A program made the translations under genes and the position numbers. From Crocosphaera subtropica ATCC 51142 (GTDB taxonomy: Bacteria > Cyanobacteriota > Cyanobacteriia > Cyanobacteriales > Microcystaceae), in assembly GCF_000017845.1 (NCBI RefSeq), contig NC_010546.1, positions 2,970,001-3,002,000 on the forward strand: DNA of 32,000 bases, in the 5' to 3' direction. A model generated the notes under the pieces. It saw only the letters and a list, made by a program, of their open reading frames with translations. It searched no databases and had not been told where the DNA came from. Shown in pieces: positions 8,813-17,795 of this stretch (positions within the stretch are counted from its first letter, which is position 1; each line of letters starts with the position of its first letter).

Positions 8813-8840
8813 CCCACGGGGTTCTACCTGTGGGATTTTT
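8813..8840 (+). terminator. rho-independent terminator after the small membrane ORF
   Basis: CCCACGGG-gttcta-CCTGTGGG forms 8 bp including one G.U pair, followed by ATTTTTG. Confidence 0.65.
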
Positions 8841-9328
8841 GCGTTTAACATCACGGCAGTTTGCGACTTGATAAGGTACAAAAGGTTATCCTTTGAGGGA
8901 ACACTTCACACTTCCGCAAGCTCAGTGCCTCCCAGGGAATGGGCAATAGATAAGTATCTAGAGTGTACTTTAATGACTTGCAAATTGCTGTAATTAGAAG
9001 CAAGAATCACCGAAGATAAGAAAAGTTTATGACATAAATTTGAAACGCAATATCAAATTTGTGTTGTTGAGTGTGAAAATTTTCAGATTTTAGTATAGAC
9101 TTAAACACATAGAATTTTTGATCTTAATAGATCGATATATATAGAAGTTGATACAGCATAGCGATCGGCTTCGATCCCCGTCCACAGAGAGACACTCTCA
9201 GAACATCCTATCGACAGGTTCTACCATGACATCTGTGCTTTAGGAGCGGAGTGCTTTACTGTTAACTTCTAATAACTCACTGAATTACAATAATCGCTTC
9301 TCTTTAGATGAGGAGAAAGGAGGTATTA

Positions 9329-10435
9329 ATGGATTTCATTTCCGATTTCTTGACAAAATTTGTGGCACAATTGCAGTCCCCCACACTTGGCTTTTTAATT
9401 GGTGGTGCGGTGGCTGCTGCCGTCAGTAGCCGACTGGCAATTCCCGATGCGATTTATAAGTTTATCGTTTTCATGCTGCTCATAAAAGTTGGACTGAAGG
9501 GTGGTATTGCGATCCGCGAGTCCAATATAACTGAGATCCTGTTACCCGCACTGTTCGCTGTCTTAACAGGTATCTTGATCGTGTTTATCGCACGCCACAC
9601 CTTAGCCAAGTTGCCGAACATTAAAGTCGTCGATGCCATTGCTACCGGAGGCTTGTTCGGTGCTGTGAGTGGTTCTACTCTCGCTGCTGGCCTGGCGGTA
9701 CTCGACGCACAAGGGATGGAATACGAAGCCTGGTCTGCAGCACTCTATCCCTTCATGGACATCCCAGCACTGGTAACTGCGATCGTCTTAGCCAGTATTT
9801 ATACCAGCAAGCAAAAGAAGCTCGCTGCTGAAAACGAGTATCGTAGTAAGCAGGAGTTTTACGGCGAGCAGAAGGAGTATGGCCAACAACGCATTACCGC
9901 AAGCGGATATCCTCACGAAGAACAAAATCATCGGGTCGAAATATGGCCGATTATTAAGGACAGTCTTCAGGGATCTGCTTTATCAGCACTGTTACTCGGT
10001 CTTGCTCTAGGTTTGTTAACCCGTCCCGAAAGTGTCTATGAAAGCTTCTACGAGCCTCTTTTCCGTGGACTTCTTTCTATCTTAATGATTGTAATGGGTA
10101 TGGAAGCAACGGCAAGAATTAACGAGCTTCGCAAGGTAGCCCAGTGGTACGCTGTCTATGCTTTTATCGCACCACTGATTCATGGGTTTATTGCCTTCGG
10201 TTTTGGCATGATTGCTCACTATGCTACAGGATTCAGTGCTGGTGGTGTTGTCATCCTAGCCATCATTGCTGCCTCCAGTTCAGACATCTCTGGTCCTCCG
10301 ACTTTACGCGGTGGTATCCCTTCAGCCAATCCCTCTGCTTACATCGGTGCGTCCACAGCCGTCGGTACCCCGGTTGCAATTGCTTTAGGAATACCCCTTT
10401 TCATTGGGCTTGGTCAGGCAGTGATGGGTGGCTAA
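9329..10435 (+). CDS. sbtA: sodium-dependent bicarbonate transporter SbtA
   Basis: MDFISDFLTKFVAQLQSPTLGFLIGG..., GGLFGAVSGST, YPFMDIPALVTAIV, WPIIKDSLQG, SSSDISGPPTLRGGIPSANPSAYIG all match SbtA (Slr1512) as remembered, including the duplicated inverted-repeat topology. I prefer the ATG at 9329 (AAGGAGG 6 nt upstream) over the track start at 9308. Confidence 0.9.
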   Translation: MDFISDFLTKFVAQLQSPTLGFLIGGAVAAAVSSRLAIPDAIYKFIVFMLLIKVGLKGGIAIRESNITEILLPALFAVLTGILIVFIARHTLAKLPNIKVVDAIATGGLFGAVSGSTLAAGLAVLDAQGMEYEAWSAALYPFMDIPALVTAIVLASIYTSKQKKLAAENEYRSKQEFYGEQKEYGQQRITASGYPHEEQNHRVEIWPIIKDSLQGSALSALLLGLALGLLTRPESVYESFYEPLFRGLLSILMIVMGMEATARINELRKVAQWYAVYAFIAPLIHGFIAFGFGMIAHYATGFSAGGVVILAIIAASSSDISGPPTLRGGIPSANPSAYIGASTAVGTPVAIALGIPLFIGLGQAVMGG

Positions 10436-10658
10436 TCCCAGACTGGTCGCACTCTGCCGGTGCGCCTCTGCTCCGGCGATCAATGCGACTGCTATGTCAA
10501 GGTCTGGGCTAATGACCAGAGAAAACGCACCTTAATCTCTAATATAGCCGAGCAAAAAACGATTAGCCTGACTAAAAAAGGCTCATTTCAAGCTCTAATT
10601 TGCAATTCAATTGATTGAGTCGGCAATCTTTGGTCAAAAAGCCCCTGTTACTAACCCC

Positions 10659-11792
10659 CTACATATTTTCTTTTAATCCTTTTAGGGGTTGATTTTTTTT
10701 GATTTTTTTGCTTTGAATTAAAACTTTAAATCCTCCTAATCCTGTTGGGTTAATTAATTGATGAAGGGCATCTCGACGGTTTAAAATTTCTGGTAAACTA
10801 TAGTTCCCATTGGATAACTCTGCTAAGCGATCGCCAAGTCCCAAAGCCATTAAAAATAAGCCTTGTTGGGTCAATCCTACTGTTTCTAATCCCAATAAGT
10901 TCCCTTGTTTTTCCAAGGCGGTAAAATCCACATGAGCGGTTATATCTTGTTGTCCTAGATTAACATAAGGATTATGGTGATGGCGATGTTGATGGTAACA
11001 GTTTAAAGTACCTTGATAGCGTTGTGGATGATAATATTTTGCTGAACTATAACCATAATCGATGGTTAATAGATAGCCTTTTTTTAGTTTTGCTGAAACA
11101 AGTTTTAACCAACCTAATGCTTTTAAATTAACTTCTGTTCGATAGTCTTCTGGATAATTATCTTTGGTTATATCTATATCAATTAATTTAAAATAGTCTG
11201 ACAATTTAGTCGTTGATATTTCTTCAATTTTTTCTTTAAGTTGATCATCCTGCCACGTTACATAAATTTCTTTTAATTGTTTATTATGTTTAGTGACTAG
11301 ATGAATAGGAAAAGCATCAATTAATTCATTACTAAAAATACAGCCAGTAATTGAGTTATCAGGAATATCTTGCCAAGATGTCCAGGTTATTTTATCAAAT
11401 CCCTTTAATTTATCTTGCTGCTTTTTAATTAACGCCTGTGATTCTTCTATAATTATGTAATTAAGTTGATCGTAAAAATTAGAATGTTTTTGTTTCAAAT
11501 AATTTAAAATATCAGAAGCTAGATTACCTGTTCCTGCTCCAACTTCTACTAAGGTAAATGAGTCCGAATTATTTAAAAATTCTGACATTTCCCTAAACTG
11601 TTCTGCTAATAATTCCCCAAAATCAGATCCTAAAGAAGAAGCTGTAAAAAAATCCCCTTCAGATCCAATATTCACCTTTCCAGAACTATAATAACCTTGT
11701 TCTGGATGATAGAGAACTAAATCCATATAATCAGCAAAAGTAATCCGATGATGAGAACTGTTTTTAATCCTATCAATAATAATTTCTAGCAT
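10659..11792 (-). CDS. class I SAM-dependent methyltransferase, DUF185/MidA/NDUFAF7-like
   Basis: LVEVGAGTGNLASDIL is SAM motif I. FSNELIDAFP and QDITAHVDFTAL are typical of the MidA/NDUFAF7 family. Confidence 0.8.
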   Translation of the reverse strand: MLEIIIDRIKNSSHHRITFADYMDLVLYHPEQGYYSSGKVNIGSEGDFFTASSLGSDFGELLAEQFREMSEFLNNSDSFTLVEVGAGTGNLASDILNYLKQKHSNFYDQLNYIIIEESQALIKKQQDKLKGFDKITWTSWQDIPDNSITGCIFSNELIDAFPIHLVTKHNKQLKEIYVTWQDDQLKEKIEEISTTKLSDYFKLIDIDITKDNYPEDYRTEVNLKALGWLKLVSAKLKKGYLLTIDYGYSSAKYYHPQRYQGTLNCYHQHRHHHNPYVNLGQQDITAHVDFTALEKQGNLLGLETVGLTQQGLFLMALGLGDRLAELSNGNYSLPEILNRRDALHQLINPTGLGGFKVLIQSKKIKKNQPLKGLKENM

Positions 11793-11820
11793 AGTTTTAC
11801 CAAGAAATATCTAAAATATA

Positions 11821-11838
11821 GGGTGGGACTTGCCCACC
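11821..11838 (-). terminator. probable rho-independent terminator after the DUF1499-like gene
   Basis: On the minus strand, GGTGGG-caagt-CCCACC is followed by the T-rich CTATATTTTAGATATTTCTT. Confidence 0.5.
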
Positions 11839-11849
11839 TTATTAAATAC

Positions 11850-12362
11850 CTAACTTTGTTGAAATGCTTGTCTAATGGTTTCAATTCGCTCACGATTGAC
11901 ACCTAAATCAGACTCCCCTAAACGAGAAGCAGAACGAACATCAATGACTCCTTGATTCTCGTTAACATAAAACTCGACATCATCAATAAATCCCATCCAA
12001 TGACTGGTAAATTGAGCATAAAGATAATTATCAGTTTCAGAAATAATTTCAGTTCTTTCTTGTTGATTAATGATGTCTTTTAATTGGGCGATCGCTTCTT
12101 TGTTATTTCCTTCATAAGTTAAAGGTTGAATCGAATGCTCTGCATCTGTGCTTTGAGAATTAACACAATTGGGGGTATTGGGACAAGAATGGAATTTTCC
12201 ATGAGTTATCCCTAAATTATCTGGTTGTCTTCCTGCAAAAACCGTAGGAACATCAGGCAAAATCACCCTAACACCTATCCAAATAGCAACCGCAGCTAAA
12301 ACAATAACGACGCTTAACAAGCTCCAATTAATTGACTTTGATGTATCTTTAGTAACAGACAT
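11850..12362 (-). CDS. DUF1499-like protein with N-terminal membrane anchor
   Basis: An N-terminal TM segment (WSLLSVVIVLAAVAIWIGV) is present. The CPNTPNCVNSQS motif and overall size match what I recall for DUF1499. Confidence 0.65.
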   Translation of the reverse strand: MSVTKDTSKSINWSLLSVVIVLAAVAIWIGVRVILPDVPTVFAGRQPDNLGITHGKFHSCPNTPNCVNSQSTDAEHSIQPLTYEGNNKEAIAQLKDIINQQERTEIISETDNYLYAQFTSHWMGFIDDVEFYVNENQGVIDVRSASRLGESDLGVNRERIETIRQAFQQS

Positions 12363-12468
12363 GAGGAAATAATGACCTAATCACGCACTTAACTACTTAA
12401 ATTAACTTAACATTTAAAAGGAGGTTATTCGCCTTAGAGGAAGTTTAAATTAAACAAGGAGGATTATC

Positions 12469-12678
12469 ATGTTTCTCGATGAATTACAACCCATTTTCAA
12501 AGAATTTCTGCAGCAACCTTTAGCTTTTACTGGTGGATTGGTTTCTGGCGCACTCAAGCTCAAACTTTCAGAAGATCCCTTAAAAAGTTGGCTACAAGAG
12601 CAAGGCATGACGGACTTTACCTATACTGATAACACGAAAGATAATGGTGGCGGTCCTCAAACCATCTCCATTGATTAA
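12469..12678 (+). CDS. hypothetical small protein (69 aa)
   Basis: A strong RBS (AAGGAGG) lies 6 nt upstream of the ATG. The ORF is followed by a 9-bp hairpin GGAGATAGG-N14-CCTATCTCC (12700-12731). No family recognised. Confidence 0.6.
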   Translation: MFLDELQPIFKEFLQQPLAFTGGLVSGALKLKLSEDPLKSWLQEQGMTDFTYTDNTKDNGGGPQTISID

Positions 12679-12870
12679 GTCAATTGACTCGATATATCAG
12701 GAGATAGGAGTTATACATTTAACCTATCTCCTAACACCGCAGTTCTCTTTCCCTGTTACTTTCAGACTAAATTAGGGAATATTAAAACTAGATAACCAAA
12801 GAACGGTAATCTTGACCCCTTTTTGCATCCGATTGGTCAAAAGTCCATAATGTGACATCGGTAAGAGTGA

Positions 12871-14535
12871 ATGAGCTACTGTGTAAACCCATCTTGCGCC
12901 CAACCCAAAAACCCCAATAATGTGGCGGTTTGTCAATCTTGCGGTTCTCAACTGCGATTAAATAATCGTTATCAACCCTTAGGTATTCTTGGAAAAGGGG
13001 GCTTTGGGGCCACCTTTGGGGCTGCAGATATTTCCCTTCCAGGGAATCCCATTTGTGTTGTTAAGCAGTTACGACCAGCGACAGACGATCCTCAAGTCTA
13101 TAAAATGGCTAAAGAATTGTTTGAACGGGAAGCAGAAACTTTAGGTAAAGTGGGAAATCATCCCCAAGTCCCCAGATTATTAGACTATTTTGAACAAAAC
13201 AAAGAATTTTATCTGGTTCAAGAATATGTCAAAGGATACAATCTTCATCAAGAGGTCAAAAAAAAGGGGCCGTTTAGCGAAGCAGGGGTTAAACAGTTTT
13301 TGACAGAACTCTTACCTATTCTAGAATATATCCATTCTCAGAAAGTCATTCACCGTGATATCAAACCAGCTAACCTAATCCGTTCTCAAAAAGATAGTAA
13401 ACTGGTCTTAATTGACTTTGGAGCGGTCAAAAATCAGGTTAACTCTATGGTTGCGAATAATACCCAAACCGCTTTTACTGCTTTTGCCGTGGGAACAGCA
13501 GGTTTTGCCCCTCCTGAACAAATGGCCATGCGTCCTGTTTACGCGAGTGACATCTATGCAGTGGGGGTTACCTGTGTCTATTTATTAACCGCTAAAACCC
13601 CCAAAGATATTGGTTGTGACCCCGAAACAGGGGAAATTGCTTGGGAACCCTATGTTAATATTAGTGACTCTTTGGCCAATGTTCTTAAAAAGATGTTGGA
13701 AGTATCGGTTAAACATCGCTACAAATCAGCCGAACAAGTCTTAGATGCTATGGCCATGGCCCCTTATGAACAAGGGATGCAAGATAGCATGACTACTATG
13801 ATCACAGGATTTAAAACTCCTAGTAGTTCGTCGAGTCCCAACTCTTCACTCAGTACCGGTTTAGTCAGTTCATCCCCATCGACCAGAACTATGGGAAGAG
13901 TCAACACCCATATTTCTAAGGGAAGTCCCATGTCCTCAGTTTCTCCAGAGGATAAACACTCCGTCGCTACTAAGATTCAAGGTAGGGTTGCAGGGTGTGG
14001 AAATGCTAACTACAATATAGCTCATGGACAAACCTCTAGCCGTCGTCGTGGTAAAGGACAAGGAATCTCTAACTCTGATACCATAGCAACTAAAAAAAAC
14101 CAGAAAAAATGGCAAGAAAAAACCTTATTAACTGCTTATGAAAATGGTCGAAGAGACTTTACTAATCAAGAATTAAATGAACTCAATTTATCTAAAGCTT
14201 TTTTACCAGGAATTAATTGTTATCAAGCCAAATTAAGCCGTATTAATTTACAAGGGGCAGAATTAACCCGTGCGGATCTCGGAAGAGCAGATTTAACCCA
14301 AGCAGTGATGAAAAATGCCAATCTTAGTGAGGCTTATTTAGGATACGCTAACTTAAATGGAGCGGATTTAAGAGGGGCGAATTTATGTGGGGCCAATTTA
14401 ACCTATGCTAATTTACAAGGAGCAAATCTCTGTGGGGTTGATTTAAGTTCTGCAAGAATTACTGAGGCTCAATTATCTGTAGCTAAAACCAATTGGCGAA
14501 CAGTAATGCCCAGTGGTAAGCGAGGATTTTGGTAA
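12871..14535 (+). CDS. Hanks-type Ser/Thr protein kinase with N-terminal 4-Cys prefix and C-terminal pentapeptide-repeat domain
   Basis: The N-terminus is CVNPSCAQPKNPNNVAVCQSCGSQL. Kinase motifs are GKGGFGATF, VVKQL, HRDIKPANL, DFG and GTAGFAPPE. The C-terminus has pentapeptide repeats (ANLSEAYLGYANLNGADLRGANLCGANLTYANLQGANLCGVDLS). Confidence 0.9.
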   Translation: MSYCVNPSCAQPKNPNNVAVCQSCGSQLRLNNRYQPLGILGKGGFGATFGAADISLPGNPICVVKQLRPATDDPQVYKMAKELFEREAETLGKVGNHPQVPRLLDYFEQNKEFYLVQEYVKGYNLHQEVKKKGPFSEAGVKQFLTELLPILEYIHSQKVIHRDIKPANLIRSQKDSKLVLIDFGAVKNQVNSMVANNTQTAFTAFAVGTAGFAPPEQMAMRPVYASDIYAVGVTCVYLLTAKTPKDIGCDPETGEIAWEPYVNISDSLANVLKKMLEVSVKHRYKSAEQVLDAMAMAPYEQGMQDSMTTMITGFKTPSSSSSPNSSLSTGLVSSSPSTRTMGRVNTHISKGSPMSSVSPEDKHSVATKIQGRVAGCGNANYNIAHGQTSSRRRGKGQGISNSDTIATKKNQKKWQEKTLLTAYENGRRDFTNQELNELNLSKAFLPGINCYQAKLSRINLQGAELTRADLGRADLTQAVMKNANLSEAYLGYANLNGADLRGANLCGANLTYANLQGANLCGVDLSSARITEAQLSVAKTNWRTVMPSGKRGFW

Positions 14536-14597
14536 TCTAATACAAAGAATATAATTTAAGTCTCTAGTAACTTTTGAGACTTGGTATAACTCCGAAC

Positions 14598-17500
14598 TCA
14601 CGTTGATTGAGTCCTGGGAGTGAACAAAAGGTACAAACAAGGAATAACCACTAAAGCAATGACTGTAGCCGCCACTAAACCGAAGATAATCGCACTACAT
14701 AAAGGCATCCAAGTGGGATCACTCAAAGCTAGAGGAATTAACCCGATAATCGTGGTAATACTGGTGGTTAGCACAGGTCTTAAACGGTCAGCAACCCCTT
14801 TGGCTGCGGCTAAACGTAATTTTATTCCTTCTTGTTGATAACTATTCATGGTATCAACCATGACGATCGCATCATTGACCACAATTCCCACTAAAGCAAT
14901 AATCCCAATAAAAGCGGTAAAGGAAAAGGCGATATCTGCCAGGAAAAAGCCCCCAACGGTTCCTATCAATGCAAAGGGGATGGTCAGTAAAATGATAAAG
15001 GGTTGACGAAATGATCCCAGTTGTAACACCAGCACTGCAAAGACGAGAAAAATAGCTAAAGCTAACGCTTGACCGGCAGAGCCAAAGGTTTCCGCTTGGT
15101 CTTCCGTTTCTCCCCCGAAAGTATAATCATAGCCTTGGGGCCAAGATTCTTGTATTTCTTGTAATTTGGGCTGTAAATCCGCTAAAATTTCCCCAGTAGT
15201 GCGATTTTCATTCTTTGCCAAGACGGTAACAGTGCGCTGTCCTCCGCGACGGGTAATAGATAAAGGGGCTTCGGCTTGGACTGCTTCAATCACTGCTCCT
15301 GCGGAAATCACTTCTTCCTCTGGGTTTGAGGTAAAGAAACGGGCCGATAATAACTCATCTCGACGGGTGGGTCCCCCCACTTCGCCGTTACGGGACGGCC
15401 AAGCAGTGCTAAGGAGAATTTCTAAGTCTTCCTCATTGCCACCGATGACAAAATCACCAATATCTACCGCTCGCATATAATATTGAGCTTGAGAAGCCAG
15501 TTCTTCTTCACTGAGATCATAAAATGACAGTTCTTCTCGCTTGGGAATTAATCTAAGGTCAGGTTGCAAGGCTCCTAAATTATCTCGCACATCGGTCGCC
15601 CCAGGTATTTGTCTGAGGGTCATTTGCACTTGTTGAGAAATTTCCCTGAGTTGGCTTAATTCACTGCCGGTAATTTCAATTTGAATAGGGTCCCCACTTT
15701 CCCCTGCTTGTTGAGCATTTAAGACTAAAGAGGCGCCCGGATATTGATTAACGGCTTTTTGTAATTCGTTGCGTAAATCATCTAAATATTCAAAGGATAG
15801 CCGTTCCCGTTGGTTTTCAGGAAGGAACGTACCTGAAAAACCCACTAGATAACTGCCTTGAGTGGGTTGTAGTTCCCCTGATGCCACTAAATTACTGCGC
15901 TGTCCTGTATATTTAATCACGCTGTCAAGATAGTCTTTTTCTCGTAAAATTTCTCCTAGGTCGTCGGCTACTTCTTGGGAAACGTCTAGGGTTGTGGTGG
16001 GGGGTAGTTCCACATTGACACTAAAGTTGCGTTGATCGCCTCTGGGAAAAAATTCCACGGAAATTTGACTAAATAAGGTCATGAAACAGAAAAAGAGGGC
16101 AATGGTTCCTAATACCCAAGCCCAAGCCGTTTTTTTATTTCTAACGGTATAATTAAGACTCCAATTCATCCAACGAGCAGACGCGGCTTGACTTAAACGG
16201 TCAATGGTTGATTTTTTTTCAACGCTTCTCATATTGCCTAACAAGTAACGAGACAGAGGAATATCAATTAAAATGGCAATAACAAAACTGAGGACTAAAC
16301 AAATAATTGCGGTGTAGGGTAACAATTCAATAAACTTTCCCAAAGTACCGCTAATGGCCAGTAAGGGAAATAGGGCTAAAATGGTGGTCAATTGTCCTGC
16401 AAAAGCGGGTGGTGCGTAAGTTTTAACGGTTTTTAACGCAGCTTGGTTAAAAGACAGTCCCTCAGCAAAGATAAACTCGTGCATCCCTTCCATCACCAAA
16501 ATGAAAACATCCACCAAGATACCCAAGGCCAAGACCATACCAATGAGTACCATATTATTGAGGGTTTGTCCGGTTAACCATAACACCGCTAACGCTCCCA
16601 AAAAGGTTAAGGGAATGGATAACCCGGCAATTAAGGCTTCACGCCAAGAAAGAGCAATAAACAGCACCACAAACACGGCGGCCATAGCTTGCAAGGCATT
16701 GGTAAATAAATTGCCCAACTGTTCCCAAATAATATCCGATTCATCGGCAATAATTTGATATTCCATGCCTCTGGGCCACAGATTCGGATTTTGCTCAATT
16801 TGCTCCATAGCCTCTAAAACCCGTTCAATAACCTCAATCGAATCTTGTCCAGGTACTTTTTTAATACCTACACTCACCACAGGTTGATAAGCTTCTCCTT
16901 GGGTACTAATAAAGGCACGGGTTTCTTCTTGGTCAAGTTCTCGACGCACCTCTGCCAGTTCACTGAGGCGTACTACTCGCCCCTCTAAACGAGCGATGGG
17001 TAAATCTTGTAATGCTTCTACACTGCGAAAACGAGCATAAAAGCGTACCTGTGACCCAATTAAATCACTTTCTATCTCTGAGAGGGGGACATCTCGGTTA
17101 GCATTACGAATTTCTGTGGCAACCGTTGTGGGAGAAATGCCCAACGTGGCTAAACGAAAGGGGTTCATTTGCACATTAATGACCTCTTCTCGCGCTCCCC
17201 CTAGGTTCACCTCACTGACCCCTGCCACCTGTTCTAAATTGTCTTGAATGTCCTCTGCTGTTTGAGAAATCACCGTTTGATCAATGTCCCCAAACAAGGC
17301 TAAGGTAAGGATAGGGGCATCATTGACGGAAATTTGTTCTACTACGGGTTGCTCTGCCTCTTCAGGTAATTCGGGTTCGGCTTGGGCGACCCCTTGCCGT
17401 AATTCTTCGATCGCTTCATCGGGGTCGGCCTGGGACGTAAATTCGACATTAATCACCGAAAACCCTGCATAAGAAGCACTTTGAACCTCTTTGACATTTT

Positions 17501-17795
17501 CTACTGAAGTAATTTCTGTTTCAATTTCAGAAGTAACTTGTTGTTCTATGGTTTGGGGGTCGGCTCCTGGCCAGGTGGTAGTGACGGTGGCAACGGCAAT
17601 ATCAATATCAGGGTTAGACTGTTTGGTCATGGAAAAATAACCCAAAAGACCCCCCACCACCATGAGCAAGGTTAATAAAATAGCAAAAATAGTGTTTAAA
17701 AAGAAAAATCGTTCTAATCGGGAGGTTTTTTTGCCATTGACTGAGGTATTATGTCCATTATTATTGCTTCTGAAATCTTCTTTTAACTCACTCAT
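14598..17795 (-). CDS. RND efflux transporter permease (AcrB/HAE1-like)
   Basis: 1065 aa with the architecture TM1, large periplasmic loop, TM2-7, large loop, TM8-12. Typical RND segments are present (e.g. VLALGILVDVFILVMEG, GIIALVGIVVNDAIVMVD). Its start overlaps the stop of the MFP gene (TAATG). Confidence 0.95.
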   Translation of the reverse strand: MSELKEDFRSNNNGHNTSVNGKKTSRLERFFFLNTIFAILLTLLMVVGGLLGYFSMTKQSNPDIDIAVATVTTTWPGADPQTIEQQVTSEIETEITSVENVKEVQSASYAGFSVINVEFTSQADPDEAIEELRQGVAQAEPELPEEAEQPVVEQISVNDAPILTLALFGDIDQTVISQTAEDIQDNLEQVAGVSEVNLGGAREEVINVQMNPFRLATLGISPTTVATEIRNANRDVPLSEIESDLIGSQVRFYARFRSVEALQDLPIARLEGRVVRLSELAEVRRELDQEETRAFISTQGEAYQPVVSVGIKKVPGQDSIEVIERVLEAMEQIEQNPNLWPRGMEYQIIADESDIIWEQLGNLFTNALQAMAAVFVVLFIALSWREALIAGLSIPLTFLGALAVLWLTGQTLNNMVLIGMVLALGILVDVFILVMEGMHEFIFAEGLSFNQAALKTVKTYAPPAFAGQLTTILALFPLLAISGTLGKFIELLPYTAIICLVLSFVIAILIDIPLSRYLLGNMRSVEKKSTIDRLSQAASARWMNWSLNYTVRNKKTAWAWVLGTIALFFCFMTLFSQISVEFFPRGDQRNFSVNVELPPTTTLDVSQEVADDLGEILREKDYLDSVIKYTGQRSNLVASGELQPTQGSYLVGFSGTFLPENQRERLSFEYLDDLRNELQKAVNQYPGASLVLNAQQAGESGDPIQIEITGSELSQLREISQQVQMTLRQIPGATDVRDNLGALQPDLRLIPKREELSFYDLSEEELASQAQYYMRAVDIGDFVIGGNEEDLEILLSTAWPSRNGEVGGPTRRDELLSARFFTSNPEEEVISAGAVIEAVQAEAPLSITRRGGQRTVTVLAKNENRTTGEILADLQPKLQEIQESWPQGYDYTFGGETEDQAETFGSAGQALALAIFLVFAVLVLQLGSFRQPFIILLTIPFALIGTVGGFFLADIAFSFTAFIGIIALVGIVVNDAIVMVDTMNSYQQEGIKLRLAAAKGVADRLRPVLTTSITTIIGLIPLALSDPTWMPLCSAIIFGLVAATVIALVVIPCLYLLFTPRTQST

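Noticed and set aside
8805-8993. 62-aa ORF (plus strand) between the small membrane ORF and sbtA
   Set aside because: Its start lies just upstream of, and its first codons run through, the terminator hairpin of the preceding ORF. It has no Shine-Dalgarno sequence, its composition is Cys/Thr-rich, and it is barely above the length cut-off.
10144-10512. 122-aa ORF overlapping the 3' third of sbtA in another frame
   Set aside because: It has a Cys/Trp/Arg/His-rich translation typical of an off-frame read of a GC-rich membrane-protein gene. sbtA fully explains the region.
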